Both the position numbers and the translations under genes were made by a program. 64,000 nt of DNA from an uncultured Chloroflexia bacterium (GTDB lineage: Bacteria; Chloroflexota; Limnocylindria; Limnocylindrales; CSP1-4), in the NCBI GenBank assembly GCA_963766735.1, contig CAVYBU010000007.1:1-64000 (forward strand), read 5' to 3'. Under the pieces are notes generated by a model, which was not told the origin of the DNA, ran no database searches, and was given only the letters and a program-made list of their open reading frames with translations. Shown here one piece after another: positions 36,673 to 46,573 of the stretch (within the stretch, counting starts at the first letter, position 1; the number at the start of each line of letters is the position of its first letter).

Positions 36673-38003
36673 CGGAGGCCGAGCCGGATGCCCTGGCGCT
36701 TCCATGCCTCCTGCCTGTACAGCGGGTTGTAGGCGCAGTACAGCGCGAACCGGAGCGGGGACGACATGTTCGTGCGCCGGTCGAACGCCCGACGCAGGAT
36801 CGAGGACGCGCTGCTCCACCGACGTCGGCTCGCCCAGGCCGCCTCCGTGAGCTGCTCGGGCGTCATCCGGGCCGGCCGGAACGCGGCCTCGTTGAAGCGG
36901 TAGTCGGGATGGAGCCACCAGCGGCCGTCGTAGAGGAGGCGGCCCTCGGCCTGCAGCCGGGCATACAGCGGCGTCCCCGGGTACGGCATGAGCACGTTGA
37001 AGGCCGCGAACGTGAACCGGTTGTCGATCGCCCACTCGCACGCTGCAAATATGGAATCGGGAGTATCCCGGTCGTAGCCCACGGTGAACGCGGCCCACGT
37101 CTGGAGCCCGTGCTCGCGGATCGTCCCGATTGCGCCGGCGTAGCGGTCGAATCCGACGAGGTTGGTGCCCTTGCGCATCTGGCGGAGGTTCTCGGGGTCG
37201 AGGCTCTCGAACCCGATCACGTTGCCCAGGCAGCCGCTGTCCACGAACAGGCGCATCAGCTCCGGATCACGAACCTGGTCCACGCTCGCCTGCGACACCC
37301 AGCGGATCCGCAAGGGGATCAGCGCTCTCAGGAGCGCCTTCGCCGCTGCAGGATCGGCGATGAGGTTGTCATCGACGAAGAACAGGTTGCGTCCCTGCTG
37401 GGCGCGAATCTCGGCAACGACCTCGGCGGGCGCTCGCGCGTACTGGTGGTGGTGGAAGTACTCGGCGACGGCGCAGAACTCGCAGCCGAACCGGCAACCA
37501 CGTCCGAACTGCAGGAGGGTCAGGGGGAGGTAGCCCTTGCTGGCGAACAAGTCTCGTCGAGGGATGAGGGCCCCGGGCTGCGGAGGCCCGACCGGGGCGT
37601 CGTACCTGGGTCGCAGCCGCCCTTCGTGCGCGTCGGCCACGACCTGCGGCCAGAGCGTCTCGGCGTCGCCGGTGAACACGGCATCGGCGTGCGCGGCAAC
37701 CTCGTCCGGGATCAGGGTCGGATGCATGCCGCCCATCACCACCGGGACGCGGCGTGCCCGGTACTCGGCCGCGATCTCGTAGGCACGGCGCGCGGTGAAC
37801 GTCTCGACGGTGATCGCGACGAGGTCCGTGGGCTCGTCGTAGTCGATGATGTCGATGCGGTCGTCGAGGAGCTGGACGTCGACGCCGGCCGGGGTCAGGG
37901 CGGCCAGCACCGCCAGCTGGAGCGGTTCCATCCGTGCCGCATCGAGGAACGGCGCGCCGTCGCCGAGGCGCCCGAGGGTGGGCTTGATGAACGTGACGAG
38001 CAT
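36669..38003 (-). CDS. B12-binding domain radical SAM protein
   Basis: EPLQLAVLAALTP, VVMGGMHPT, RGCRFGCEFC, FVDDN, IGFES, PYPGT. Confidence 0.93.
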   Translation of the reverse strand: MLVTFIKPTLGRLGDGAPFLDAARMEPLQLAVLAALTPAGVDVQLLDDRIDIIDYDEPTDLVAITVETFTARRAYEIAAEYRARRVPVVMGGMHPTLIPDEVAAHADAVFTGDAETLWPQVVADAHEGRLRPRYDAPVGPPQPGALIPRRDLFASKGYLPLTLLQFGRGCRFGCEFCAVAEYFHHHQYARAPAEVVAEIRAQQGRNLFFVDDNLIADPAAAKALLRALIPLRIRWVSQASVDQVRDPELMRLFVDSGCLGNVIGFESLDPENLRQMRKGTNLVGFDRYAGAIGTIREHGLQTWAAFTVGYDRDTPDSIFAACEWAIDNRFTFAAFNVLMPYPGTPLYARLQAEGRLLYDGRWWLHPDYRFNEAAFRPARMTPEQLTEAAWASRRRWSSASSILRRAFDRRTNMSSPLRFALYCAYNPLYRQEAWKRQGIRLGLR

Positions 38004-38210
38004 CGCCGCATCTCCCGGCAGGACCTCAGCGACGATGGCCTGTCGCGCCCGGGGCGGCAAGTGCCGATCGTCGCGCCGTCAGGCTCCTCGGGCCTCGCCT
38101 GCCAAGCGAGCGGACCGATGGGGGTGTCCGTGCCCCCATGGTTGTCCGGGACGCCACCACATTCGCCTCCCGATCGAGTGGCGTTCTGGAAGGCGTGCTA
38201 GCGTCGCTTC

Positions 38211-38660
38211 ATGAATGGCACCTCGGCATCCCGCCCGTCTTCGCTTCCACGGCTCGTCGCACGGGTGGTTCTCGGGCTGTTCCTGCTGTTCACCGGCCTC
38301 GGTCACCTCACGTTCAGCCGCGCGGAGTTCAGCGCGCAGGTTCCGGACTGGCTGCCCGTGGGAGACGACGTCGTGGTCGTCGGGTCGGGCGTCGCGGAGC
38401 TGGCCCTGGGCGCGGCCCTCATCGCCCTCCCGCGCCACAGGGTCGCCGTGGGGTGGATCGTTGCAGCGTTCTTCGTGGCGATCTTCCCTGGCAACATCTC
38501 CCAGTATCTGAACCGGGTTGACGCTTTCGGACTCACCAGCGACGAGGCGCGAGCCGCCCGCCTGGCCTTCCAGCCGGTCCTCGTCCTGTGGGCTCTCTGG
38601 TCCACGGGCGCATGGCGTGACCGGGGAACGCTCCGGGGCGTGGTCAGGCGCCGGCGGTAG
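38211..38660 (+). CDS. DoxX-like membrane protein
   Basis: G.GHL...QVPDWLP...SGVAE...FPGNI...RL.FQP. Confidence 0.85.
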   Translation: MNGTSASRPSSLPRLVARVVLGLFLLFTGLGHLTFSRAEFSAQVPDWLPVGDDVVVVGSGVAELALGAALIALPRHRVAVGWIVAAFFVAIFPGNISQYLNRVDAFGLTSDEARAARLAFQPVLVLWALWSTGAWRDRGTLRGVVRRRR

Positions 38661-38876
38661 TCAGGGTCCAGCCTCGGGGGTCCTGTCGGCGATGGTGACC
38701 GAGGGAGCCTTCGCCGTCAGCTGACAGCCAGTTTCGGATCACGGGCAGAATCATCTCCCGCAGCCGCTCGGCAAGGGCACATGGGGTCATCGACACCGGT
38801 CCAGAGTAGGCAGATTCTCCGGTCGGGCACAAGATGAACGAGCTCGAGAACGCCGGACGTCGCTCCGGGCGTGACC

Positions 38877-40028
38877 TCAGCCGAGCGCGGCGCGCAGCGA
38901 CACGTCGAGGTCGGCCCAGAGGTCCTCCACGTTCTCGATGCCGACCGACAGGCGACACAGGGTGGGACCCACGATCGACGCATCGCCGGCGTAGCGCGCC
39001 CGGCGCTCGATCAACGACTCGACGCCTCCGAGGCTGGTGGCGTGGGCGAGCAGGCGCAGCCGCGCCAGGAACGCCTCGGTCTGGTCGACGGTTCCGGCGA
39101 CCTCGAAGGACAGCATCGACCCCGACCCGTGGGGGAGCACGCGCGAGGCGCGCTCGTGCTGCTGATCGCCGGGGAGGCCGGGGTAGAACACGTTCGACAC
39201 GTGCGGGTGTGACGCCAGGCGACGGGCGAGCTCCGCGGCCGACGCCTCGGCCCGGTCGAGCCGGACGGCGAGCGTGCGCAGGCCGCGCAGCGCCAGGAAG
39301 GCGTCGAAGGCGCCGGGGATCGACCCATGGTCGTGGCGGTACGTCGCCAGGAAGTCCGCGTGTGTCGTGTCCCTGCACACTGCCGCTCCGAGGAGGACGT
39401 CGGAGTGGCCCGCGATCAGCTTGGTCGCGGAGTGGAGGACGATGTCCGCTCCGAGGTCGAGAGGCCGCTGGCGGAGCGGCGTCGCGAACGTCGCGTCGAC
39501 CACGGTGATCGCACCGCGCTCCCTCGCCCCGGCGGCGATCGCGGGGACGTCGGCGACCACGATGAGCGGGTTGGCGATCGACTCCACCCACACCATGTCG
39601 GCGCCGTCGGCCGCCGCCAGGAAGGCGTTGGTGTCGCCCGCTGGGGCCAGATGGACGTGCAGGCGGCCGGACGCCTGCATCCGCTCGAAGATGTTCCTGA
39701 CGCCGTAGTACGTGACCGAGGACAGCACAACCGTCCCACCGGGCGGCACGAGGTCGGCGATTGCGGCCGCTGCTGCGAGACCCGAGGCGAACGTCACGGC
39801 CCGGCCGCCGTCCAGCGCACCCAGCGCCTCCTCGAGCGCGCCCCAGGCGGTGTTGCCGTCGCGGCCGTACTCGAGGCTCGCGTCGTGGACGTAGGTGGAG
39901 CTCAGGGTGATCGGCGCGTTCATTGGGGCACCGGGCGAACGCGCGGGCCGGCCGGCCTGGACGGCGACCGTGTCGGCCGACCACGCCTGGTCGAGGGCGA
40001 GGGGAGCGGGGTACAGCGGCTCGGTCAT
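38877..40028 (-). CDS. Cys/Met metabolism PLP enzyme (cystathionine gamma-synthase-like)
   Basis: YGRDGN, FASGLAA, VDATFATP, HSATKLIAGHSD, TSLGGVESL. Confidence 0.9.
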   Translation of the reverse strand: MTEPLYPAPLALDQAWSADTVAVQAGRPARSPGAPMNAPITLSSTYVHDASLEYGRDGNTAWGALEEALGALDGGRAVTFASGLAAAAAIADLVPPGGTVVLSSVTYYGVRNIFERMQASGRLHVHLAPAGDTNAFLAAADGADMVWVESIANPLIVVADVPAIAAGARERGAITVVDATFATPLRQRPLDLGADIVLHSATKLIAGHSDVLLGAAVCRDTTHADFLATYRHDHGSIPGAFDAFLALRGLRTLAVRLDRAEASAAELARRLASHPHVSNVFYPGLPGDQQHERASRVLPHGSGSMLSFEVAGTVDQTEAFLARLRLLAHATSLGGVESLIERRARYAGDASIVGPTLCRLSVGIENVEDLWADLDVSLRAALG

Positions 40029-40030
40029 GG

Positions 40031-40867
40031 TCAGGGCTCCGTCGATCGGGGGTGGGATGCGGTCAGCAGGCGGCTCGCCGTGGCGACGGCCGGGTCGAGG
40101 GCGTTGGGGCGGTCCTCCACGGCGACGACCTTCTCCCAGACGGAGACGTGGGACCGGCTCGTGTTCGTGAAGGGCGTCCTGGCCCAATCCTCCCATCGCT
40201 CGCGGACCTCCATGCCCGCGATTCTTGCCATCAGGTCCAGCTCGGCCGGCCACGCGTAGCGGAACGGGGTCGACGAGCGTGTGACCGTGCCGTCGTGCGT
40301 CGTCACGTGGTGCGAGACGAGCGACTGGCTCACGACGTCATATTCGTCGACGCCAATGTGGGACTCGGTCACAGCGAACGGAACGAACCGCCCACCTGGT
40401 GGGAGCCGCCGCAGGGCTGGAACGAAGGTCTCGACCACGAACCTGCCACCGGGCCGGAGGTGTGCGGCCGCGTTGACGAAGCAGTCGACCTGGGCGTTCT
40501 GCGTCGTGAGGTTCGTGATCGTGTTGAAGACGAGGTAGACGAGCGAGAAGCCCCCGGCATCGGGGAGGCGCACCGTGGAGATGTCCCCGATGGTGACCGG
40601 GATCGATGCCTCGTCGCCCCCGGGCTTGGTCCGCAGGCGCGCCACCATGGCTGACGACAGGTCGATCCCGGACACTCGGATCCCCCGGGCGGCGAGCGGC
40701 AACGCCACGCGACCTGTGCCGATCGCGAACTCCAGCGCCATACCGCCCTCCGCGTGCTCCGCAAGGAATGTCACGGCAGGCTCGAGCGCCCTTGGTTCGA
40801 ACATCGTCGCTTCGTCGGCGTCGTAGGTCGACGCCGTTTCCTCGTCGAACCAGTTGTCGGCAGGCAT
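40031..40867 (-). CDS. Class I SAM-dependent methyltransferase
   Basis: ALEFAIGTGRVA, LVYLVFNTI, HLRPGGRFVVE. Confidence 0.9.
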   Translation of the reverse strand: MPADNWFDEETASTYDADEATMFEPRALEPAVTFLAEHAEGGMALEFAIGTGRVALPLAARGIRVSGIDLSSAMVARLRTKPGGDEASIPVTIGDISTVRLPDAGGFSLVYLVFNTITNLTTQNAQVDCFVNAAAHLRPGGRFVVETFVPALRRLPPGGRFVPFAVTESHIGVDEYDVVSQSLVSHHVTTHDGTVTRSSTPFRYAWPAELDLMARIAGMEVRERWEDWARTPFTNTSRSHVSVWEKVVAVEDRPNALDPAVATASRLLTASHPRSTEP

Positions 40868-41108
40868 GGCGCAAGCGTAGCCGACGGCCCCCGGACGGTC
40901 GGACAGCCACCGTGTACGAAGCCGGCCGCTTCGACGCTCTCATGGCGGGAGGTGTGCCGGTCTCGTCCTCAGTCCAGATGGCATGGCCGCCTCGAGAAGG
41001 CCCCAACGGCCCTCGACCCACCGCTCACAGCCGTGCACAGTCGTGTGCGCGCCCGATCGGGCTGACACCGGCTGGGACAGTCCGTGGGGCACGTGACATC
41101 TCACAGGT

Positions 41109-41648
41109 ATGAGCAGCCTCGCGCCGGACCTCGCGACCGCAGCAACGGTGGAGCGTGCCGTTGCCGGTGACGAGATTGCCTTCGCCCGGATCGTCGCGAC
41201 GCACCGAGCCGAGATGGTGCGCGTCGCGTACGTCGTGTCCGGGGACTGGGACCTCGCCCAGGATGCCGCTCAGGCCGCCCTCTGGAACGCCTGGCGCAAG
41301 CTCCCCTCGCTGCGCGACCCGGCATCGCTCCGTCCGTGGCTCATGTCGGTGGCTGCGAATGAGGCCCGGGCGATCGTACGCCGCGAACACAGACACCCGG
41401 TCGTCGAGCTGGCGGTCGCTGGCGAACAGGCAGGCAGCGACGGGCCGGCCGACGGGATCGACCAGATCGACCTGGGCAACGCCCTCCGTCGACTGAGTGG
41501 TGATGACCGGACGCTGGTCGCGCTTCGCTATGTCGCCGATCTCGATTCGGGCGAGATCGGGGACCTGACCGGACGCTCCGCTTCAGGTGTGCGTACCCGA
41601 CTATCCCGTGTCCTACATCGCCTGCAGAAGGACCTCGACCATGACTGA
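41109..41648 (+). CDS. ECF RNA polymerase sigma factor
   Basis: [23 protein letters not shown]...GVRTRLSR. Confidence 0.9.
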   Translation: MSSLAPDLATAATVERAVAGDEIAFARIVATHRAEMVRVAYVVSGDWDLAQDAAQAALWNAWRKLPSLRDPASLRPWLMSVAANEARAIVRREHRHPVVELAVAGEQAGSDGPADGIDQIDLGNALRRLSGDDRTLVALRYVADLDSGEIGDLTGRSASGVRTRLSRVLHRLQKDLDHD

Positions 41649-43938
41649 GCACGAGGTCTTTGAGACCCGCCTGCGCACCGCACTTGCCCGGCACGTGGCC
41701 AACCCTCCCACCGACTTCGACGCACTCGCATTCGCCCGGACCGTCGCCGCCGCCGAGCCGCGCCGGCGCGGCCGAGCCGGCGCGATCGCCGCCGCCCTGG
41801 GCGCGCGGCGCGCGGACCGCCGGCCGTGGTGGGCGGTCCTCGCCCCATCCGCCGGCCGGAGCCCGGCGTACCGGATGGCCTGGATCCTCGTCCTCACCGG
41901 GCTGCTTCTGGCGGCCAGTGTCTCGGCGGTCTTCGTCGGGAGCCAGCTGCTGCACCGCACGAACGAGCTGGCTGTCGTGCCGCCAATGTTGACGCACACG
42001 TTGGCGCACCCCGGCGAAGTGACGGGGGTTGCGTGGAGCCCTGACGGCACCCACCTGGCCACCCGCGGCAGCACCACCGAGAGCAATCGCGACGCCGAAT
42101 GGACGCTGGACGCCGTTGGGGTCTGGGATGCGGCCACGGGCGAGGAGGTGCTGTTGCTCGAGCAGGTTGACGCGGGGGGTGGTCCTCTTGCATACAGCCC
42201 CGATGGCACCCGCCTCGCCATCAGAGGGTTCGAACCGACGGTCTACGACGCGGTGACCGGCGAGGAGGTCGGGCCGACGATCGTTGAGTTCCTTTCCTAC
42301 AGCCCTGACGGCACCCGCATCGCCGCTGGCGGTGCCTGGGGCGCGGCAGGAATCCTCGACGCCACCACCGGCGACGAACAGCTCGAATTCCGCGGGGCCG
42401 GCGGCTTCACGAACGATGCGGCGTGGAGCCCCGACGGCACCCGGATCGCCGCCGCCTATGGGACGAGCATCTGGGTCTGGGACGCGACCACCGGGGACCA
42501 GCTGCTGGTTCTCGAGGGCTACGTCGACGGCGACACCTACGACCGGTTGAGGGACATCGAGTGGAGCCCGGACGGCACCCGGATCGCCGCCGCCTTCAGT
42601 CTCGGGATCAAGATCTGGGACGCGGCCAGCGGCGACCGTTTGCTGACGCTGGAGGGCCACACCGAGGTCGCCTGGAGCCCTGACGGAACCCGCATCGTCA
42701 CGGCCAGCTCCGACGGGACCGCCAGGATCTGGGATGCCACCACCGGCGACGCGCTGACGACCCTCACCGGCCACACCAACCGCGTGACCGACGTGGCATG
42801 GAGCCCCGACGGCACCCGGATCGCGACCGCCAGCCTCGACGGGACCGCCAAGATCTGGAAGGTCCTGTCGCCGCCGGCCGTCGTGCCGGCCCCCAGCGTC
42901 TCCCCAGCGCCGGCGACGCCCGCGACCCTGTCGCCGCTGGCGCTCGACACGGTCGGCGAGCCGACCGTCTCGGAATCGGTGCTTGGCAGGATCACGTGGC
43001 GGACCTACGAGATCCCGCCGGGACATATGCTCGGGGAGCTGACCGGCACGCGGTACGGGCCCGTCGCGCTCGACGACAAGGACCTTCGCTGGCTAGGCCC
43101 GAATGGCACATGGGAGGGAGCGACCCTTCCGTGGGATGCGTCACCGCTGTCATTCGTCAGCGATGGGCGTGTCGTCAGCGGGCTGACGCCGGCTCACTGG
43201 ATTGTGTGGGACGGAAACCGGTGGGGCGTTGGGGATGCCCTCAAACTGCCGATCGGGGACGCCGACTTCGCGGCCGGGCCGCGCGGTGTGATCGTGGTCG
43301 GCCCCGCCGTCGCGGCCATCGCCCGCGACGGGCAGCACTTCGTGACCGTCTCCCGGCCGGGGGGCAGGTACGACTCGATCGGCCCGATCCTCGCGACGGC
43401 CGACGGGTTCGTCGCCCTCGTGCGGGCCGGGGAACCAAATCCCGTGGGGGGCGGCGACCTGGGCGAGCAGATCCCGTGGTTCTCGGCCGATGGCAGCTCC
43501 TGGGAGCCGGCATCGACCGCATCACCATTCGGCGGAGGGACCTCGATCGAGGACGTGGCCGGCCGGGACGGTCGATTCGTGGCCGTGGGACAAGTCGGGC
43601 TCGCCGGGAGCGACCTCGTTTCATGGGTGGCCTGGGTCTCTGATGACGGGCTCGCCTGGGAGCGCCTCACCGACCTCCGATTGCCGTTGAGCGAGGGGGG
43701 TGTCAGGGTGACGGCGGGGGAAGCCGGCTGGGTCATCTACTCGAAGGTCGGGTCCGCCTGGGCCTCTGCGGACGGGCTGGCCTGGGAGTCGCTCGGCGAC
43801 TGGCCAAGGGTTCGCGGCATGGGCTGGATCCCGCCCGAGGTCGTGCTCGCCGGCGACACGATCGTCGGCGTCGGCTATCTCGCGGGCCACGGCGACGTCG
43901 TCGTCGTCGTCGGCACGATCGAGCGTCCCTGGAGGTGA
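41641..43938 (+). CDS. Membrane-anchored WD40-repeat protein, putative anti-sigma/sensor
   Basis: Overlaps the sigma stop; cytoplasmic N-terminus, one TM helix, seven (W/Y)SPDGT repeats, PT linker, Asp-box-like W.S.DG..W repeats. Confidence 0.85.
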   Translation: MTEHEVFETRLRTALARHVANPPTDFDALAFARTVAAAEPRRRGRAGAIAAALGARRADRRPWWAVLAPSAGRSPAYRMAWILVLTGLLLAASVSAVFVGSQLLHRTNELAVVPPMLTHTLAHPGEVTGVAWSPDGTHLATRGSTTESNRDAEWTLDAVGVWDAATGEEVLLLEQVDAGGGPLAYSPDGTRLAIRGFEPTVYDAVTGEEVGPTIVEFLSYSPDGTRIAAGGAWGAAGILDATTGDEQLEFRGAGGFTNDAAWSPDGTRIAAAYGTSIWVWDATTGDQLLVLEGYVDGDTYDRLRDIEWSPDGTRIAAAFSLGIKIWDAASGDRLLTLEGHTEVAWSPDGTRIVTASSDGTARIWDATTGDALTTLTGHTNRVTDVAWSPDGTRIATASLDGTAKIWKVLSPPAVVPAPSVSPAPATPATLSPLALDTVGEPTVSESVLGRITWRTYEIPPGHMLGELTGTRYGPVALDDKDLRWLGPNGTWEGATLPWDASPLSFVSDGRVVSGLTPAHWIVWDGNRWGVGDALKLPIGDADFAAGPRGVIVVGPAVAAIARDGQHFVTVSRPGGRYDSIGPILATADGFVALVRAGEPNPVGGGDLGEQIPWFSADGSSWEPASTASPFGGGTSIEDVAGRDGRFVAVGQVGLAGSDLVSWVAWVSDDGLAWERLTDLRLPLSEGGVRVTAGEAGWVIYSKVGSAWASADGLAWESLGDWPRVRGMGWIPPEVVLAGDTIVGVGYLAGHGDVVVVVGTIERPWR

Positions 43939-43944
43939 TCAACC

Positions 43945-44922
43945 GTGACACGTCTAGTGTTGGCGCTGGTGGCGGTGGGGCTCTCGGCCTCCCTGGCGGC
44001 CTGCGGCGGTAGCAACCCAACAGGCGCTCCGACAGCGGCGGTCGCTCCGACAGCCACGACCGCTCCGACAGCGATGGCCGCTCCGATGCCGACGGCCGCT
44101 CCGACAGCGGCGCCTGAGGCACAGCCCCAAGCCGTCATCGAGAGAGATCTTGCGTTCGCCACCTACAACGGCGTGACGCTGACGCTCGACTTGTACATTC
44201 CCGCCGACCCCGACGGTGCACCGATCGTGATCGAGCCGTGGGAGAACTTCGCCGAACGAATCGCACAAGAGGGGGCGATCGCAGTCATCGGCAAGACAGG
44301 AGTCAAGGTTCCCGATGCCGGGGACGACGCCGAGGCCCGCCTGAGCGACCACGGTGCCGTCATCCGGGCTCAGGCCGAGCAGACCGCCTGTGCGATCCTT
44401 TTCGCCCGGGCGCGAGCGACCGAGCTGGGAAGTGACGATCCGGTCGTGGTGGTCGGCGGGTGGAGCCAATACGGCGGGGTTGCGGCACATGTCGCACTGT
44501 TCGGAGCCACGCTCGAGGAACGTTGGGACGAGTTCGCCGCCACGGTTGGTGGTCCGCCGCGTCAGGTCGAATGCGCGGTCGCCGACGGCTCGACACACGT
44601 GGATGCCCTGGTGGGTCTGGCCGGCGCCTACGACTTGTACGTACCGGCCTTCGACGGGCGGTATGGGCGAAGCTACCAGCAGGAGATGTACCCAGAACAG
44701 CAGAAGTTCCTGGCCGGCGCGATCGGAGTTCATCCGGAGCTCACGGTTCGCCTGATCCACGGCACTGGTGACGTCATGATCCCCATGGAGGATTCGGTCG
44801 CGTTCGAAACAGCGCTGGCCGACGCCGGCTACGACGTGCAGCTGGCCACCTTCGTTGGCGGGCACCAGAACCCGCCGACCGAGCTCAGCCTCGAGATCTT
44901 CAAGGAAGTCCTCGGCTTGTAG
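43945..44922 (+). CDS. Lipoprotein, alpha/beta-hydrolase fold
   Basis: LAA-C lipobox; LDLYIP, GGWSQYG, IHGTGD, GGH. Confidence 0.8.
   Translation: MTRLVLALVAVGLSASLAACGGSNPTGAPTAAVAPTATTAPTAMAAPMPTAAPTAAPEAQPQAVIERDLAFATYNGVTLTLDLYIPADPDGAPIVIEPWENFAERIAQEGAIAVIGKTGVKVPDAGDDAEARLSDHGAVIRAQAEQTACAILFARARATELGSDDPVVVVGGWSQYGGVAAHVALFGATLEERWDEFAATVGGPPRQVECAVADGSTHVDALVGLAGAYDLYVPAFDGRYGRSYQQEMYPEQQKFLAGAIGVHPELTVRLIHGTGDVMIPMEDSVAFETALADAGYDVQLATFVGGHQNPPTELSLEIFKEVLGL
44023..44113 (+). repeat. 18-bp coding tandem repeat x5 (APTA linker)
   Basis: GCTCCGAC/TG units at an 18-nt period. Confidence 0.8.
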
Positions 44923-45109
44923 GTCTGTCATCGACCTGGCACCGATCGCCCCGCCGACTGCCCGTCTGGTACCGGTGATCCGGATCGGCGCTCCCCAGTC
45001 GTCGCGCGGTGGCGGCATGGGCCAGGACCGCACCGACCCGCCGTCGGGTGGCCGCGACGCCGTGATCTCGCCACGGCCTCGATGAGCGCCGGCGTCTCGG
45101 CGATCTCCG

Positions 45110-45270
45110 CATGACGAGTACGTCACTCGTGGACCCGACCGCGACCGCGATCAGGAACGCGAGGACGGTCGCGATGGCGTCGCCGATGTAGGGATGAAGC
45201 CCAGGAAGAACGTGAGGACGCCGACCGGCAGGGCGAGCGGCAGCCCGAGCAGAACCATCATCAGCCACGC
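45110..45270 (-). pseudogene. Internal fragment of an AI-2E family transporter
   Basis: WLMMVLLGLPLALPVGVLTFFLGFIP, shift, YIGDAIATVLAFLIAVA. Confidence 0.55.
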
Positions 45271-45484
45271 CGTCCGACCCAGGTCCGGCGTCCGGTCGCC
45301 ATTGCGACGAAGACGGAAACGAGGACTCAGTCTCCTGGGGTCAGAGGCCCGGGCACGGCAGCGGCCCTTGGTGGAACCTTCGCAACTGGCGGTCTGGCAC
45401 GTGACTCGGTGCGCCCCGCCTCGTACGATTCCGCGACGGATCGCCGTCGTCGGCGACTTCGTCTACCGCGAGATGGAGGTGGCC

Positions 45485-46171
45485 ATGACCATCATCGACT
45501 GCCGTGGACGAGCGGCCACGGTCCTCGGGCTCGCTGCCGTCGTGGCGCTCGCGGCCTGCGGTGGAGCGGCCGCCCCCACGCCCGAGTCCACACTCTCGCC
45601 GACCACCGCGGCTTCGCCCGCGGCAACCCCGGTTCCCGCGCTGCCGGAGCGCACGCCGGAGATCAGCGCGGCGCCCACAGACGCGCCCGTGACCCCCGAC
45701 CCGGACGCGAACGGGGGTTTCGCGTACCCCGCCTCTGAGGTGTTGGCGTACTACGCCGGCCTCGGGTTCGAGTGCCTGGCTCCAGAGGCAAGCACCAAGG
45801 CTTCCGGTTACACCGTGCAGCGCTGTACCAGAGCGGCTCCGGCCGCTGATCAGGTGCACGTAGTCGCGGTCGTGACCGACCCGCGCGGCGTGCCCGGGGA
45901 CGCATTCGCGGCCGTCATCGCGAACGACGGCGCGACGATGCCGACACCCGCGCAGAGCCTCGCCCACCTGTCCCGGTTCGTAGGGGTCATGCTTGGCGGC
46001 GAGATGGGCATGGACCCCAGCGTGTGGCTGGTGAAGAACCTCGGCGCGGAGTCAGAGCAGACGACGGCCGGCGACCTCACGGTCACGACATACAGCTTGA
46101 ACGACGACAGTGGAGTCGGCCTCTTCCTGGAGATGGCCAACCAGGGGTTCCTGGACGCCGCCGCGCCGTGA
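45485..46171 (+). CDS. Lipoprotein of unknown function
   Basis: RBS GGAGG; LAA-C lipobox; PT linker; Cys pair. Confidence 0.8.
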   Translation: MTIIDCRGRAATVLGLAAVVALAACGGAAAPTPESTLSPTTAASPAATPVPALPERTPEISAAPTDAPVTPDPDANGGFAYPASEVLAYYAGLGFECLAPEASTKASGYTVQRCTRAAPAADQVHVVAVVTDPRGVPGDAFAAVIANDGATMPTPAQSLAHLSRFVGVMLGGEMGMDPSVWLVKNLGAESEQTTAGDLTVTTYSLNDDSGVGLFLEMANQGFLDAAAP

Positions 46172-46275
46172 TCCGGAGCTGCCGGCAAGCGTCCCGGCCA
46201 CCGTCCACGGCGTAGGCCGAGTCGCGCCAGGCTGGAAGCCCCCGGAGTGAGGCCGCTGGGCAACGCGCCTCGTGC

Positions 46276-46467
46276 CTGGGGTGCTGGGCTACAGCGCCGG
46301 GCCTGACCCGCCGGCGCAGCCCCCTCGCCGCGATCGTGATGATCGTCGTCCTTGGGGCGGTCATCACCCTGGTGGTGGATCTCGACGGGCCGCGCGACGG
46401 GTTCCTCACGGTGAGCCAGCAGCCGCTGATCGACCTCCAGGAGCAGATCGGCCCGCCTTCGCCCTGA
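46276..46467 (+). pseudogene. C-terminal fragment of a DUF4239-like membrane protein
   Basis: GVLGYSAG, shift, LTRRRSPLAAIVMIVVLGAVITLVVDLDGPRDGFLTVSQQPLIDL. Confidence 0.6.
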
Positions 46468-46516
46468 CCGTCCCGCCCACGCTCGGCCGGACGGCGCCAA
46501 CTGCGGGCACGAAGAA

Positions 46517-46550
46517 GCCCCCGTGCCGGACGGCTGTCCGGCACGGGGGC
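46517..46550 (-). terminator. Intrinsic terminator hairpin
   Basis: 15-bp stem GCCCCCGTGCCGGAC/GTCCGGCACGGGGGC, then TTCTT on the minus strand, just after the nucleotidase stop. Confidence 0.75.
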
Positions 46551-46573
46551 ACTTGTTCCCGACGGGGATCAGG

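Noticed and set aside
40945-40990. GCGGGAGG...GGCCGCC resembling the riboswitch start
   Set aside because: No P3 stem and no GAGCCACT...GACCGACC tail
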